Origin: Octopus vulgaris
Taxonomy: Eukaryota
Reading direction: 5' to 3'
DNA length: 64,000 nucleotides
Assembly: GCA_951406725.2 (NCBI GenBank)
Contig: OX597816.1
Span: 7,812,001-7,876,000 of the forward strand
Within the stretch, counting starts at the first letter, position 1. The number at the start of each line of letters is the position of its first letter. The notes under the pieces were generated by a model. The model was given only the letters and a program-made list of their open reading frames with translations. It was not told the origin of the DNA and ran no database searches. Of the stretch, positions 53,222-64,000 are shown one piece after another. A program made the position numbers and the translations under genes.

Positions 53222-53817
53222 CTGAAAAATAAATATATTTTCCAGAAAAGATTTAAATAAAATGAAATGCCATTATTTTTGTTCAATATTAACCCTTTTG
53301 TTACCAACCCAGCTGAAACTGCCTCTAGCTCTGTAGTACAAATGTCTTGTTTTCATAAGTTTTGAATTAAAATCTTCCACCAAACCTTAGTCACAATTTA
53401 TGTTCCTAACATTAGCTTAATGATAACTCCAGGCATGTTTCTTTCTAATTAGACCTCATAAATATACCAATGTTGTCAACATATACCGAGTGATGTCAGA
53501 ATCACTAAGTAGGCAAGAAAAATTAGCATATTTAAAAATAATACTTGCTGAAACAAAGTAACATTTGTCTCTCACTGCATAAGTATCGATAATTAAATAG
53601 TTAATGTCTACCTCGTTAAATATATTAAGACTAATTCCCCTATAGTCAGTAACTATTAATGAGAGTCAGTCCTCAATGAAAATAGATATATTGGTGCAGA
53701 TGTGGCTATATGGTAAGAAGCTTGTTTCCCAACCACATGGTTTAGGGTTCAGTCCTACTGTCTGGCACCTTGGGCAAGTGTCTTCTACTATAGCCTCAGG
53801 CCAACCAGATATACATA

Positions 53818-54000
53818 TTTTAAGTACATAATTATAATTAAGGGTGCTGGAATGCCAGCACCTATACACTGGAAGTAGATGTCAAATGTGTACAAGCCAC
53901 TCTAAACTTGTTATCTATACATTTGACATCTACTTGTAGTGTATAAGCATTGGCATTCAAGTGCCCTTAATTATATAGCTATAATTATATACTTAAAAAT
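53818..54000. repeat. Imperfect long inverted repeat (MITE-like); a second TIR element lies at 54117-54303
   Basis: ...aagtagatgtcaaatgt / acatttgacatctactt... and atttgtgaattaaagctaccattggtttcatg / catgaaaccaatggtaaccttaattcacaaat. Confidence 0.7.
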
Positions 54001-54480
54001 TAATTTTACCAATGATGATTTACCAATATGGCTTTTTTTTTATACACCAGTCGCTGATATAATCATTTTGAATATTATATCCTCAATTTATAAGTATATA
54101 TATATTTTTTCTTTGTTATTTGTGAATTAAAGCTACCATTGGTTTCATGTAAAGAAAAGTTTAGTTCAAGCTAAATGGGGGTGTTTTCCAAAATAGAGGC
54201 AAACACCTTTCTCCATGTGATTGGCTTGAAAATTTGTAAAGACACAAGGATATTTTCCTACTCTTCTTAACATGAAACCAATGGTAACCTTAATTCACAA
54301 ATAAATTGTATTCACAAAATCGTCTGACATTTAAAATATGTATGCATGTTTGTGCCTGTGTTTGTTTTCCATCACTGCTAGACAACCAACCAGTGTTGGT
54401 GTTTACATCCCCTGTAGCTTAGTTCAGCGAAAAAGACTGATAAAATAAGAAATGATCAAAACACATAAAAGATAAAAATA

Positions 54481-54998
54481 CAAGATCTGATCAAAAAGTA
54501 TCAAGACTGTTACTATGGTAATGAAGCAAATACAAATTGAAGCCACTTGGCAGAGATTGAACTCTGTCACACATTCTCACCCACTCCTGTTGTTTATGGC
54601 AGAACTTGAAAGTAAAGAGTGTAGAGTGTGGTCGTCTCAAAAAGAAGGGTTGGTTTCAACTGTATGGGATCTTCTTGAACGTGTCGAAGATTATGCAAAC
54701 TTTTTGAAAACAGTCCTAACAGGTAGCAAATCGTGGGTCTATGGCTATGACCCCAAAAACAAGGGTTGACAGGAATCCCACTTCAAAGAAATGAGATCTC
54801 AAGACATTGAGGAAATCCAAGAGGATGCTATGAGGCAGAAAGGGAGTTCCAGGAATGCTTCCAAAAGATAGAAACAATACTGCATAAATTATGGGGCCTC
54901 AGAAGGCGACTACTTTGAAGGACATCAAATGCTGAATGGATGTATGCTGTAGTTTTCCTTCTATAGCACCAGTCCCAATATTTGTTGAACGGACCTCA
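54481..54998 (+). mobile_element. Degenerate mariner remnant
   Basis: FLKTVLTGSKSWVYGYDP (decayed TGDETW motif), GDYFEG C-terminus, imperfect TIRs. Confidence 0.7.
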
Positions 54999-55775
54999 TA
55001 ATAAATAGTGTACAATCCTAGGGTTTCCTAATTTACCTTCAAGTCTCTTTGAAGATTGCAAAAAAAAAAAAAAATTACAAAGTAATGCAGACTAGCACTA
55101 TGACCCAGCATTGCCGGGTCATATACAGCTGCATGTGTGCGCACATACACGCGAGTACTGTCCAAATCTCCGAAAATCACATACAGCTAGCTGGCATTCA
55201 ATTAGCGTATCAAGTTTCGGGCATTTTGATCGGGTTTTGGATAGAAAATTCACAAAAAAGTCACTTCTATTGATTTTTTAATGGCCTTGCGGGCTGACTG
55301 GGGAAATGTAAAGACGTGCACGACCACCCTTGGATGGTTTTGAATGACCATAGAAAGTGCGAGCCCTCTAACTGAAAAATTGTGGATTTGTATAAAGGAT
55401 ACACACACACACACAGACAGACAGACATTTTGCCGTTTATATATAGAGAGATGTAGTGAGTCAAGGAAGCACTATTTTGTTGTCGCGGATTAACACAGTT
55501 GTGCTTTGGCAACTGCAACCAATCAGAGCTGGTTGCGTAGCTATAAATACAATGTCATCCATCCAAAAAGTTATCCCGTTCCAGTTAATCAGCCAGCAGA
55601 AGACTTCAACAAGAGTACAGCTATTTTCAGTGGGACAGTGGAAAGACACAACCCAAAAGCATACTTCAACATGAATGGCTGAGTTATTTCACTGACTCAA
55701 TGCCATAAACTTCAGGATTACATTAAGCTCGCACATATCAAATCCTGTTATTCTCTATAGCCAGAACCTGCCTGT

Positions 55776-56004
55776 TTAACCCTTTCGTTACCAACCTGGC
55801 TGAAACCGGCTCGGACTCTGAGTACAAATGCCTTGTTTTCATAAGTTTTGAATAAAAATCTTCCACTAAACCTTAGTCACAATTTATGTTCCTAACACTA
55901 GCTGAATGATAACTAAGTTATTTTACTAAATTCTTTGTTACGTTTAAAATTAATTGAAAGAAACACAGAGCATCTCAAAATAAATACAGTAACGAAAGGG
56001 TTAA
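55776..56004. mobile_element. piggyBac-like MITE (sisters 21533-21762, 32905-33090, 53290-53430; second family 33555-33782, 40217-40833, 26076-26560)
   Basis: TTAA|ccctttcgttac ... gtaacgaaaggg|TTAA termini. Confidence 0.78.
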
Positions 56005-56257
56005 ACTACCTTTATTGTGGTATGCCTTTACCCATTTGTGTAACAGTAAGTTCAATGGCCTTCCTTCATTCCTACGTATAATTCTCTACTCTTATTGCAA
56101 CCCAAATAAATTATGACGTTTGTTCTAACATAGCCTTCTGATGTATTCTCTCAATGCCTCACAGATGCAACTGTTTCATAGACTTTCCACATTGTGGATT
56201 TATTTGGCAACACTTTACTCAAGTTACATTCAAACACAGAAACAAACGCCACTATAT

Positions 56258-56341
56258 TGGTGACCCCCGACATGATTCGAACACGCAGCCTTCTGATCTG
56301 AAATGCTTTCCCAGCCTTGATCCTTTCTGTATCACAGAGAC
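56258..56341 (-). pseudogene. tRNA-Trp-derived sequence with encoded CCA (tandem copy)
   Basis: cagatcagaaggctgcgtgttcgaatcatgtcgggggtcacca; 117-bp period with the other copy. Confidence 0.75.
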
Positions 56342-56374
56342 TACATTCAAACACAGAAACAAACGCCACTATAT

Positions 56375-56458
56375 TGGTGACCCCCGACGTGATTCGAACA
56401 TGCAGCCTTCTGATCTGAAATGCTTTCCCAGCTTTGCTCCTTTCTGTACCACAGAGAC
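56375..56458 (-). pseudogene. tRNA-Trp-derived sequence with encoded CCA (copy nearest exon 3)
   Basis: Minus strand ends cagatcagaaggctgcatgttcgaatcacgtcgggggtcacca, matching the 3' half of eukaryotic tRNA-Trp(CCA) as recalled, plus CCA; 5' part degenerate. Confidence 0.75.
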
Positions 56459-56466
56459 ATACTTAC

Positions 56467-56579
56467 CTATACTTGATATATCTCTCAGTTGTTCTTTCTC
56501 TGATAACATATTGCTGCACAGGGTATCCACTATTGTTTCAACTTGAAACTCCTTCACCTTATTCACCAAAGGACCCATA
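56467..56579 (-). CDS. CAND1: CAND1 exon 3/28
   Basis: [37 protein letters not shown](G); cag / gtaagt. Confidence 0.96.
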
Positions 56580-58518
56580 CTGAAAGAAACAGATTCTCAA
56601 GATGTAATGCAAGTTAAATCATTTATAAAAGCCAATTACTTCTCCACCCATTATGCTTTCAGTGTTACTTTGGATACATGATATCGTGAAAACAAGTTTT
56701 ATGGTGTAGTCCACATTGCAGTGACCTCATTGGTGCTGGTGCTATGCAAAAAAGCACTCAGGAAGGGCAGCCAGCCGAAGAAACTATGCTGAAGATGAAA
56801 CTTGGAGCATGATGCAGTTTTCAGGATTGGTAGATCCTGTGAAACTGTTTGATGATGATGTGATGATGATGAGCTATTAATTAATAAACATTAATGATTG
56901 ACTTCAATTCTAAAAAGCACCATTTGAGCATGGCCAATGCCAGTGCCGCCTGACTGGCATCTGTGTCGGTGGCACGTAAAAGATACACCATTTGAGTGTG
57001 GCTGATGCCAGTGCCACCTGGCTGGCAGTTGTGCTGGTGGTACGTAAAAAGCACAATTCGAGTGTGGCCTATGCCAATGCTGTCTGACTGGCACCCACCA
57101 CACTTTTGGAGTGGTTGGTGTTAGGAAGGGGATCCAGCTGTAGAAACCTTGCCAAATCAGATTGGGGCCTGGTGCAGCCTCCTGGCTTACCGATTCTCAG
57201 TCAAACTGTCCAACCCATGCTAGCATGGAAAGCAGGTGTCAAACAACGATGATGATGGTGTAGAGTAATGAAAATTGATACAGTTACCAATGAATTGTAA
57301 GTGGAACTAAAAAAGATAATAATTTACAACAAAACAATGAAACACTTGAAACCATTTGTGTCAAGATTATCTTCATTCACATCAAGTTTTAAAAGAGGGA
57401 AGGAACATGTAATTAAATACAACACAACATATTTACAAAACAGTTCAGTCTGAGAACGTATAATTAATAGTTATTATCTTATTAATATGCTAGAAAGCAT
57501 ATTTAGTGGAGTTGTTAAAATATTTCCAGTGAGCCATGAGGCAGTTGTGAGAAACAATTTTGTAGGCTTAATTTGTCATGCAGAACATTACATTGTCATG
57601 TGATTTGTCACAGTTGGCCATCAGATACCACTGATAAACAGACCATATAACAGCTGTATGCATGAATATACTAAGTTTATTGACAATTAGGTGAAATTTA
57701 TGCCCATCACTGCTGGTATATAAAATATCTCTTCTCTATTTTCTTAAGCCTCTTGATTCCTTGAAGAACATAGGGCTGCATATTAAATGTACTTGGGCTG
57801 AAAATATTTAGGAGAGCAGATTAGAGAAGTGTACCCCAACCTACTTTCTTCTTCCATCATTTCACCCATTTCAATTGCTCACTAACTACTATACTGAGTT
57901 CTTTCTCACCCAGATCTCTGGAATCTTCTGCAAATTCAAGTCTTCCCTGCAGAAATTGTCATGCACCAGATTGAAAGGAACATTGAGCTCACTGTTCCTA
58001 TAGGGCAATGGTTCCCAAATTGGGAGGTATTGCCTGCCTGGGGGCAGTGGAAAGTTCCAAGGGAGCATTGAAGAAAAGTGGGATGATAATGGGGTAGTGG
58101 TTCATGTAAAAAGTGGGGCAATAAAGGGATAGCAAAATAATGGGTTCATTAGGTTAAATTTTATGTGTGAAATACAGTTGCTTTGAGTTTCCATGCTGGC
58201 ATTGGTTGGATGGTTTGACTGAGGACTGGCAAGCCAGATGGCTGCACCAGGCTCCAATCTTGATTTGGCAGAGTTTCTACAGCTGGATGCCCTTCCTAAT
58301 GCCAACCACTACGAGAGTGTAGTGGGGGTGCTTTTTATGTGCCAGTGGTCCAGGAGCCAGTCAGGTGGGCCTGGCATCAATCACGTTTGGATAGTGCTTT
58401 CTATGTGCCACCGGCACGGGGGCCAATCAGAAGGTACTGGTATCAGCCACGTTCGGATGGTGCTTTATAACATACCACTGGCACAGGGCCAGTCAGGCGG
58501 TCATGTTATATATATATA

Positions 58519-59350
58519 CAGATGTGATAGAAGTAAATAGACACCCCCATAAAACGTTGTTTTATGTTTATTTTAACTTCAAATGGTTTCGGGCTTCCCA
58601 GACCCCAGTTGAACCGTCCAATCCATGTTAGCATGGAAAGCGGACGTTAAATGATGATGATGATGATTAATGAACGTTTTTATGTTTAATCATGCCATAT
58701 ACAAAAGAAGCCTTGGAACTGTCCAAATTTCAAAGAGGCTTTATTGTAGGTCAATCTGAAAGTGGACTTAGCCAGTGTAAAATTGCAGAAAATTTTGGGG
58801 TCCCTTTTTCTACAGTTAATAGGGTGATTGTGCAATTCACCAGAGAGGGGAAGGAGTCCGCATCACTTTGCCCAGGTCGACCAGGGCCCTCTGACAGGAA
58901 CCTTTGCTTTGTTAAGTGAAGTGTGGAGGATAATCCTCATTGCAAGGCTTCTGACATAGCAGAACAAGTTGATGTCAGTCCCAGAACAGCTGTCAGGTAT
59001 CTCCACAACTTGGCAGAGCAGCAAGAAGGAAGCCACTTCTTCAATCAGCCAATATCAAGTGGAGAAAAGATTAGGCCAATGCAATGATAGAGTGGCTACT
59101 ACCATATTCTCTGATGAGTCCAGATTTGCAGTATTTTCTGACAGTGGTCAAGTGTGGGTCTGGAGACTGTGATCAAGAATTTGACATGAAAAGATTGCAG
59201 CCAACAATGAAACATGGCAGCTATTCTGTGATGGCCTGGGGAGCAATTTGGAGCAATGCTCAATCAGAGCTGGTGGAGTGTGAGGGAAACATAAACTCAG
59301 ATAAATGTGTCCATATTGCAGAAAGGACTTCTTCCAATCTTCTCCAGTGA
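58519..59350 (+). mobile_element. Tc1-like transposon remnant (frameshifted transposase, 3' truncated)
   Basis: [12 protein letters not shown]...[28 protein letters not shown]. Confidence 0.82.
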
Positions 59351-59622
59351 GAGAAAATCTGGTGAAAATGGAATCGGATAAGGCATGTAAGAGAGAAGAC
59401 TGTCTGGTAGAGACATATATGATGTCTGGTATAAACGATCAACGTAGAAGGAACAAGCAGCAGAGAGAGATTATGACAAATGATGAAATACTGTTAGAGA
59501 AGACCCAGCCAACCCATGCAAACAGGAAAAGCAGAAGTGATGATGATAATGGTGATGTTGTTGGTGGTGGTGCTAGTGGTAATGATGATGATGATGACAA
59601 CCATAACAACAATATCTCTTAC

Positions 59623-59690
59623 CATTTTACAGCTAAGTTCTGAACTTCACCATTTTTGTCTTCAAGCAATTTTAAAAGCATTTTTACAAC
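59623..59690 (-). CDS. CAND1: CAND1 exon 2/28
   Basis: VVKMLLKLLEDKNGEVQNLAVK(C); tag / gtaag. Confidence 0.95.
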
Positions 59691-60539
59691 CTACAAAATA
59701 ACACAAAAGAATTTGTTTAGTAAACAACAAAATATAAATAGATTTAGTGAAGGCAAAGCTCATTTGCATAACCAGAACAGAAATGGAAAAAAAAAAGCTC
59801 AATATCTTGATCTTCCTCCATGTTAAACATCAAAATTTACATCATCATTGTTTAACGTCCACTTTCCATGCTAGCATGGGTTGGACGAATGACTGAGGGC
59901 TGGCGAACCAGATGGCTGCACCAGGCTCCAGTCTTGATCTGGCAGTGTTTCTACAGCTGGATGCCCTTCCTAACGCCGACCACTCCAAGAGTGTAGTGGG
60001 TGCTCTTACGTGCCAGTCAGGTGGTACTGGCAACGACCTCGCTCGAATCTTTTTACACATGCCACCAGTACAGGTGCCAGTAAGGCGATGCTGGTAACGA
60101 TCACGCTCGAATGGTGTCTTTTATGTTCCACCGGCACGGAGGCCAGATAGCTGCTCTGGCAACGATCATGCTCGGATGGTGCTCTTAATACCCTGCTAAC
60201 ACGGGGCTAGAGTGCCAGTAAGGTGATGCTGGTAATGATCAAGCTCGAATAAAACATTATTCTTGTCAGCAAACAGGGTTCTGTCTCTGAGTGCTAAAAG
60301 CAATTCTTATGTTTTGTACCAAAAATGGAACTAGTATGAATGAGAGGTTAGTGAGTATGTTTTAGCTTGGAAGCCTATCTTTTCTTCGATGTCAAAAAAC
60401 TGGTCTTGATGAATGTAAACAGTAATTTGTTAAATTTAATTTGCCAAAATATTTTCGTCACTTTGAGACTGCAACCTGTTCACTGACAAAATTCCGTGCT
60501 GTTAAATAGTAAGGAATTTGTGGTATGGAATCGATGAAA

Positions 60540-61366
60540 AATTAGTTGCTGTGTGCAAGAGAGAAGACCACGTTGGTTTGGTCATGTTTTTGCAGATAGA
60601 TGCTGACAGCTCCATAAAGGAGTGCCAATCTCTTAAAGTAGATGGAACATGTGGAAGTGAGAGACCCAGGAAGATATGGGACAAAGTACAGCAAAACAAC
60701 CTCAGGATGCTGAAGCTTTCAGACAAGATGACAAAGGACTGAGATGCCTGGTACCTTGCTGTACTCAAGAAGACCTCGAACTCCACTGTAGAAGTGGTCC
60801 CTCTGGGGGTGAAAAGCACTCGTGGTGGTGGCACGTAAAAGCAGCTGTGTGACATCACACAAGCACCCAGCACGCTCTGTAAAGTGGTTGGCGTTAGAAA
60901 GGGCATCTGGCCATAGAAACCATGCCAGATCAGACTGGAGTCTGGTGCCGCTCCCCAGCTTGTCAGCTCTCGTCAAACCATCCAACCCATGCCAGCATGG
61001 AAAACGGACATTAAACGATGATGGTAATGATGAAAAAAATAGAGAGGTTTGTGGCACATAAAAACACCATCCGAGCGTGGCCGTCTGCCAGCCTCGTCTG
61101 GCACCTGTGTCGGTGGCACATAAAAACACCATCCGAGCGTGGCCGTTCGCCAGCCTCGTCTGGCACCTGTGTCGGTGGCACATAAAATCACCCACTACAC
61201 TCTCGGAGTGGTTGGCGTTAGGAAGGGCATCCAGCTGTAGAAACACTGCCAGATCTGACTGGCCTGGTGCAGCCTTCGGGCTCCCCAGACCCCAGTTGAA
61301 CCGTCCAACCCATGCTAGCATGGAAAGCGGACGTTAAACGATGATGATGATGATGATGATGATGAT
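60540..61366 (+). mobile_element. Degenerate RTE LINE 3' end plus a young LINE-tail copy
   Basis: Remnant VDGTCGSERPRKIWD; 61050-61366 is nearly identical to 17415-17660. Confidence 0.7.
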
Positions 61367-61665
61367 ATTATTAGCCATTTGGGTGTTCAAATCAGTCGAA
61401 ATATTTAACATAACGAAACAACGTCACAAGGATCTATAAATTTATGCATTAAGTGATATATCAAGAGGGAGTTAAATTAATGTGAAATAACATTAGAAAA
61501 TGGCTGAGGATGTTACACTTTTATTTTTAAATGGTAGGATTTCTAAAGAAAATTTTAAAATTCCTCGCTTGTGTTTAATATTTATACATTAACGAGGTTT
61601 TCAAATATGCCGACTCACACTGTAGAATTTCCACAGATCCTGCTAGAATTCATGATGCTACATAC

Positions 61666-61767
61666 CTTTCTTTCACTTTCATCGTCCAATTTAATGGAAT
61701 CTTTCTGTAATTCTCCCATCAGATCATTTGTAGCCATAAAACGAAAATCTTTATCACTGGAAGTCAT
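61666..61767 (-). CDS. CAND1: CAND1 exon 1/28 in window
   Basis: [34 protein letters not shown]; tag acceptor, gtatg donor. Confidence 0.95.
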
Positions 61768-61956
61768 CTAAACAAACCATTGAAAAGTAAAATTGTTTAA
61801 TAACAAGTAATGATAATAACAATAAAAAAAACATGAAACAGACAATAAAAAAAGCATTAACTGTCAACCATAATATCATGTTCACAGACATATAACACAA
61901 TTGGAAATATTTGAATCGTTGGGTGATATGTAGTTGTGGCTGGCATCCGTACCAGT

Positions 61957-62945
61957 GGCACATAAAAAGCACCATTTGTGCGTTGGGCTGACATCAAGCT
62001 GAGTGAGATCATAGTCATGGTTGATGCCAGTGTTGCATAACCAGCCCATTAAAAGCACTCTTCAATTGTTGAGCGATATATTGTGCTTGAAGACCCGTTG
62101 AACCAAGTGAAATCGTAGTCATGGCTGATGCCTGTACCATCTGATTGGCACATAAAAAGCACCATTTGTGCGTTGGGCCTCATGGAGGTAGTGACATCAA
62201 GCTGAATGAGATCATAGTCATGGTTGATGCCAGTGTTGCATAACCAGCCCATTAAAAGCACTCTTCAATTGTTGAGCGATATATTGTGCTTGAAGACCCG
62301 TTGAACCAAGTGAAATCGTAGTCATGGCTGATGCCTGTACCATCTGATTGGCACATAAAAGCACCATTTGTGCGTTGGGCCTCATGGAGGTAGTGACATC
62401 AAGCTGAATGAGATCATAGTCATGGTTGATGCCAGTGTTGCATAACCAGCCCATTAAAAGCACTCTTCAATTGTTGAGCGATATATTGTGCTTGAAGACC
62501 CGTTGAACCAAGTGAAATCGTAGTCATGGCTGATGCCTGTACCATCTGATTGGCACATAAAAAGCACCATTTGTGCGTTGGGCCTCATGGAGGTAGTGAC
62601 ATCAAGCTGAATGAGATCATAGTCATGGTTGATGCCAGTGTTGCATAACCAGCCCATTAAAAGCACTCTTCAATTGTTGAGCGATATATTGTGCTTGAAG
62701 ACCCGTTGAACCAAGTGAAATCGTAGTCATGGCTGATGCCTGTACCATCTGACTGGCACATAAAAAGCACCATTTGTGCGTTGAGCTTCATGGAGGCAGT
62801 GACATCAAGCAAAGTGGTATTGTAGTCATGGTTGATGCCAGTGTTGCATAACTGGCCTGTTAAAAGTACTTTTCAATTGTTGAGCGATATGCTGTGCTTG
62901 TGAAAACTGTCGAGCCAAGTGAAATCATAGTTGTGGCTGATGCCC
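61957..62945 (+). repeat. Tandem array of ~4.8 copies of a ~203-bp unit
   Basis: Unit starts ggcacataaaa at 61957, 62147, 62350, 62552, 62755; inner copies nearly identical. Confidence 0.92.
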
Positions 62946-64000
62946 GTGCCACGTAAAAGCATCATTCAAGCGCTGGGCCTCGTGGAGGCAGTGACAGGTG
63001 ACCACAACCCTTGGCAATATACTGTGCTTGTGTTGACCTGTCAAGCCAAGTGAGACTGTAGTCATGGCCAATGCCAGTGCCAAGTAAAAAGCACCCACTA
63101 TATTCTCGGAGTGGTTGGCATTACGAAGGGCATCCAGCCACAGAAACCTTGCCAAATCAGATTGGAACCTGGTGCAGCCAGGCTGGCAGCTGACACATTT
63201 TTCTGCAAAATATGGGTAGTTTATCCTGTTCATGCTATATTATTAGCCTTATCCTGCGTTTGAGAATAAAAATTACTTCCTTAACTTTCTAGACATCTCA
63301 ATGCTTTTAAAGCTGATGCCCGTGCCACATAAAAGCATCATTCAAGTGCTGGGTGACCACAACCCTAGGCAATATACTGTGCTTGTGTTGACCTGTCAAG
63401 CCAAGTGAGACTGTAGTCATGGCCAATGCCAGTGTCAGGTAAAAAGCACCCACTTACTTTCATTGTAATTTGAATTTAATTATGATAATGTAACATTTCT
63501 AAAGTTATAACAAGTAACTTTGAATCCTGCAGATTTTATTCAATGTTAGATTCCTTTATATACTCGCTAGAAGTACACAAAGTTATCTGGTTTGTCTGCC
63601 TAAATGAATGCAGCTAGAGGTGTTGTTGCCTTTGTGAGCAACTTGAATAGAACTCGGGTATGGAATTCAATGAATTAGACAATCCTTTGTTGGATGTATT
63701 AATCAAGTATTTAGGTATAAATATTTAAAATATATTTATAAGTTGGTTCAAGCAGATTCGGATAATAAAAATGAGCCGGTCAGACATGCACAGAGAAAGC
63801 AGTATATGTGAGAATATGGTAACAGCTTAAGAGTCAGAATGTGTTTCTCCTTTTCTCATAGTCTGGTCAGAAAAGGAATGACACAAACCATAACAATTTC
63901 TGCAGATCTCTCTCTCTCTCGTGTGTATGTATGTGTGCTTGTCTGTGTGTATTACCTATGTACCTATCTATCTACTTATTTATCTGTTTACTTACATATT

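Larger units (their letters stand above)
2304..61767 (-). other. CAND1: CAND1 gene span (partial: 28 internal coding exons, 1050 aa; start exon and 3' exons outside window)
   Basis: The spliced translation is collinear with animal CAND1 from [16 protein letters not shown] to LYHETKVR; all junctions are GT..AG and phase-compatible; exon lengths sum to 3150 nt. Confidence 0.97.

Noticed and set aside
56258-56458. Functional tRNA-Trp genes
   Set aside because: The D-arm and anticodon 5' side are destroyed and there is no clear poly-T terminator; kept as pseudogene-like instead.
60440-60495. Hammerhead-like geometry on the minus strand (tgtca-gtgaaca...gac-GAAA-atatt-ttggc)
   Set aside because: The core deviates too far from CUGANGA to call.
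480-63233. Roughly 250 short ORFs in the six-frame track (e.g. MAAPGSNLDLAEFLQLDALPNANH..., GFGRPEAIVEDTCPRCHAVG...)
   Set aside because: They are recurrent translations of SINE and LINE-UTR repeats or microsatellites, not genes. Only those overlapping CAND1 exons or TE ORFs were used.

Overview
Eukaryotic, AT-rich, repeat-dense genomic DNA. The SINE/RTE-LINE/microsatellite landscape suggests an octopus (coleoid cephalopod); this is an inference. The whole window lies inside one minus-strand gene, CAND1 (cullin-associated NEDD8-dissociated 1). I traced 28 consecutive coding exons from 61767 to 2304 (3150 nt, 1050 aa, [10 protein letters not shown]...HETKVR). All have GT-AG junctions with compatible phases. 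The first coding exon and the C-terminal exons lie outside the window. The introns hold tRNA-derived SINEs, 5'-truncated RTE-type LINEs and their 3' tails, Tc1/mariner remnants, piggyBac-, Merlin- and Helitron-like non-autonomous elements, and a ~203-bp tandem array. Most other ORF-track entries are repeat artefacts. The most unusual signals are: (1) several independent families of short intronic elements with hammerhead-ribozyme folds of the Penelope/retrozyme type, including a complete type I hammerhead inside a perfect 67-bp hairpin and a tRNA-headed SINE-like element with a hammerhead; (2) a tandem dimer of a tRNA-Trp-derived unit with encoded CCA, 8 nt from a 5' splice site; (3) recurrent fold-back palindromes. 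All structure calls were made by eye and are untested.
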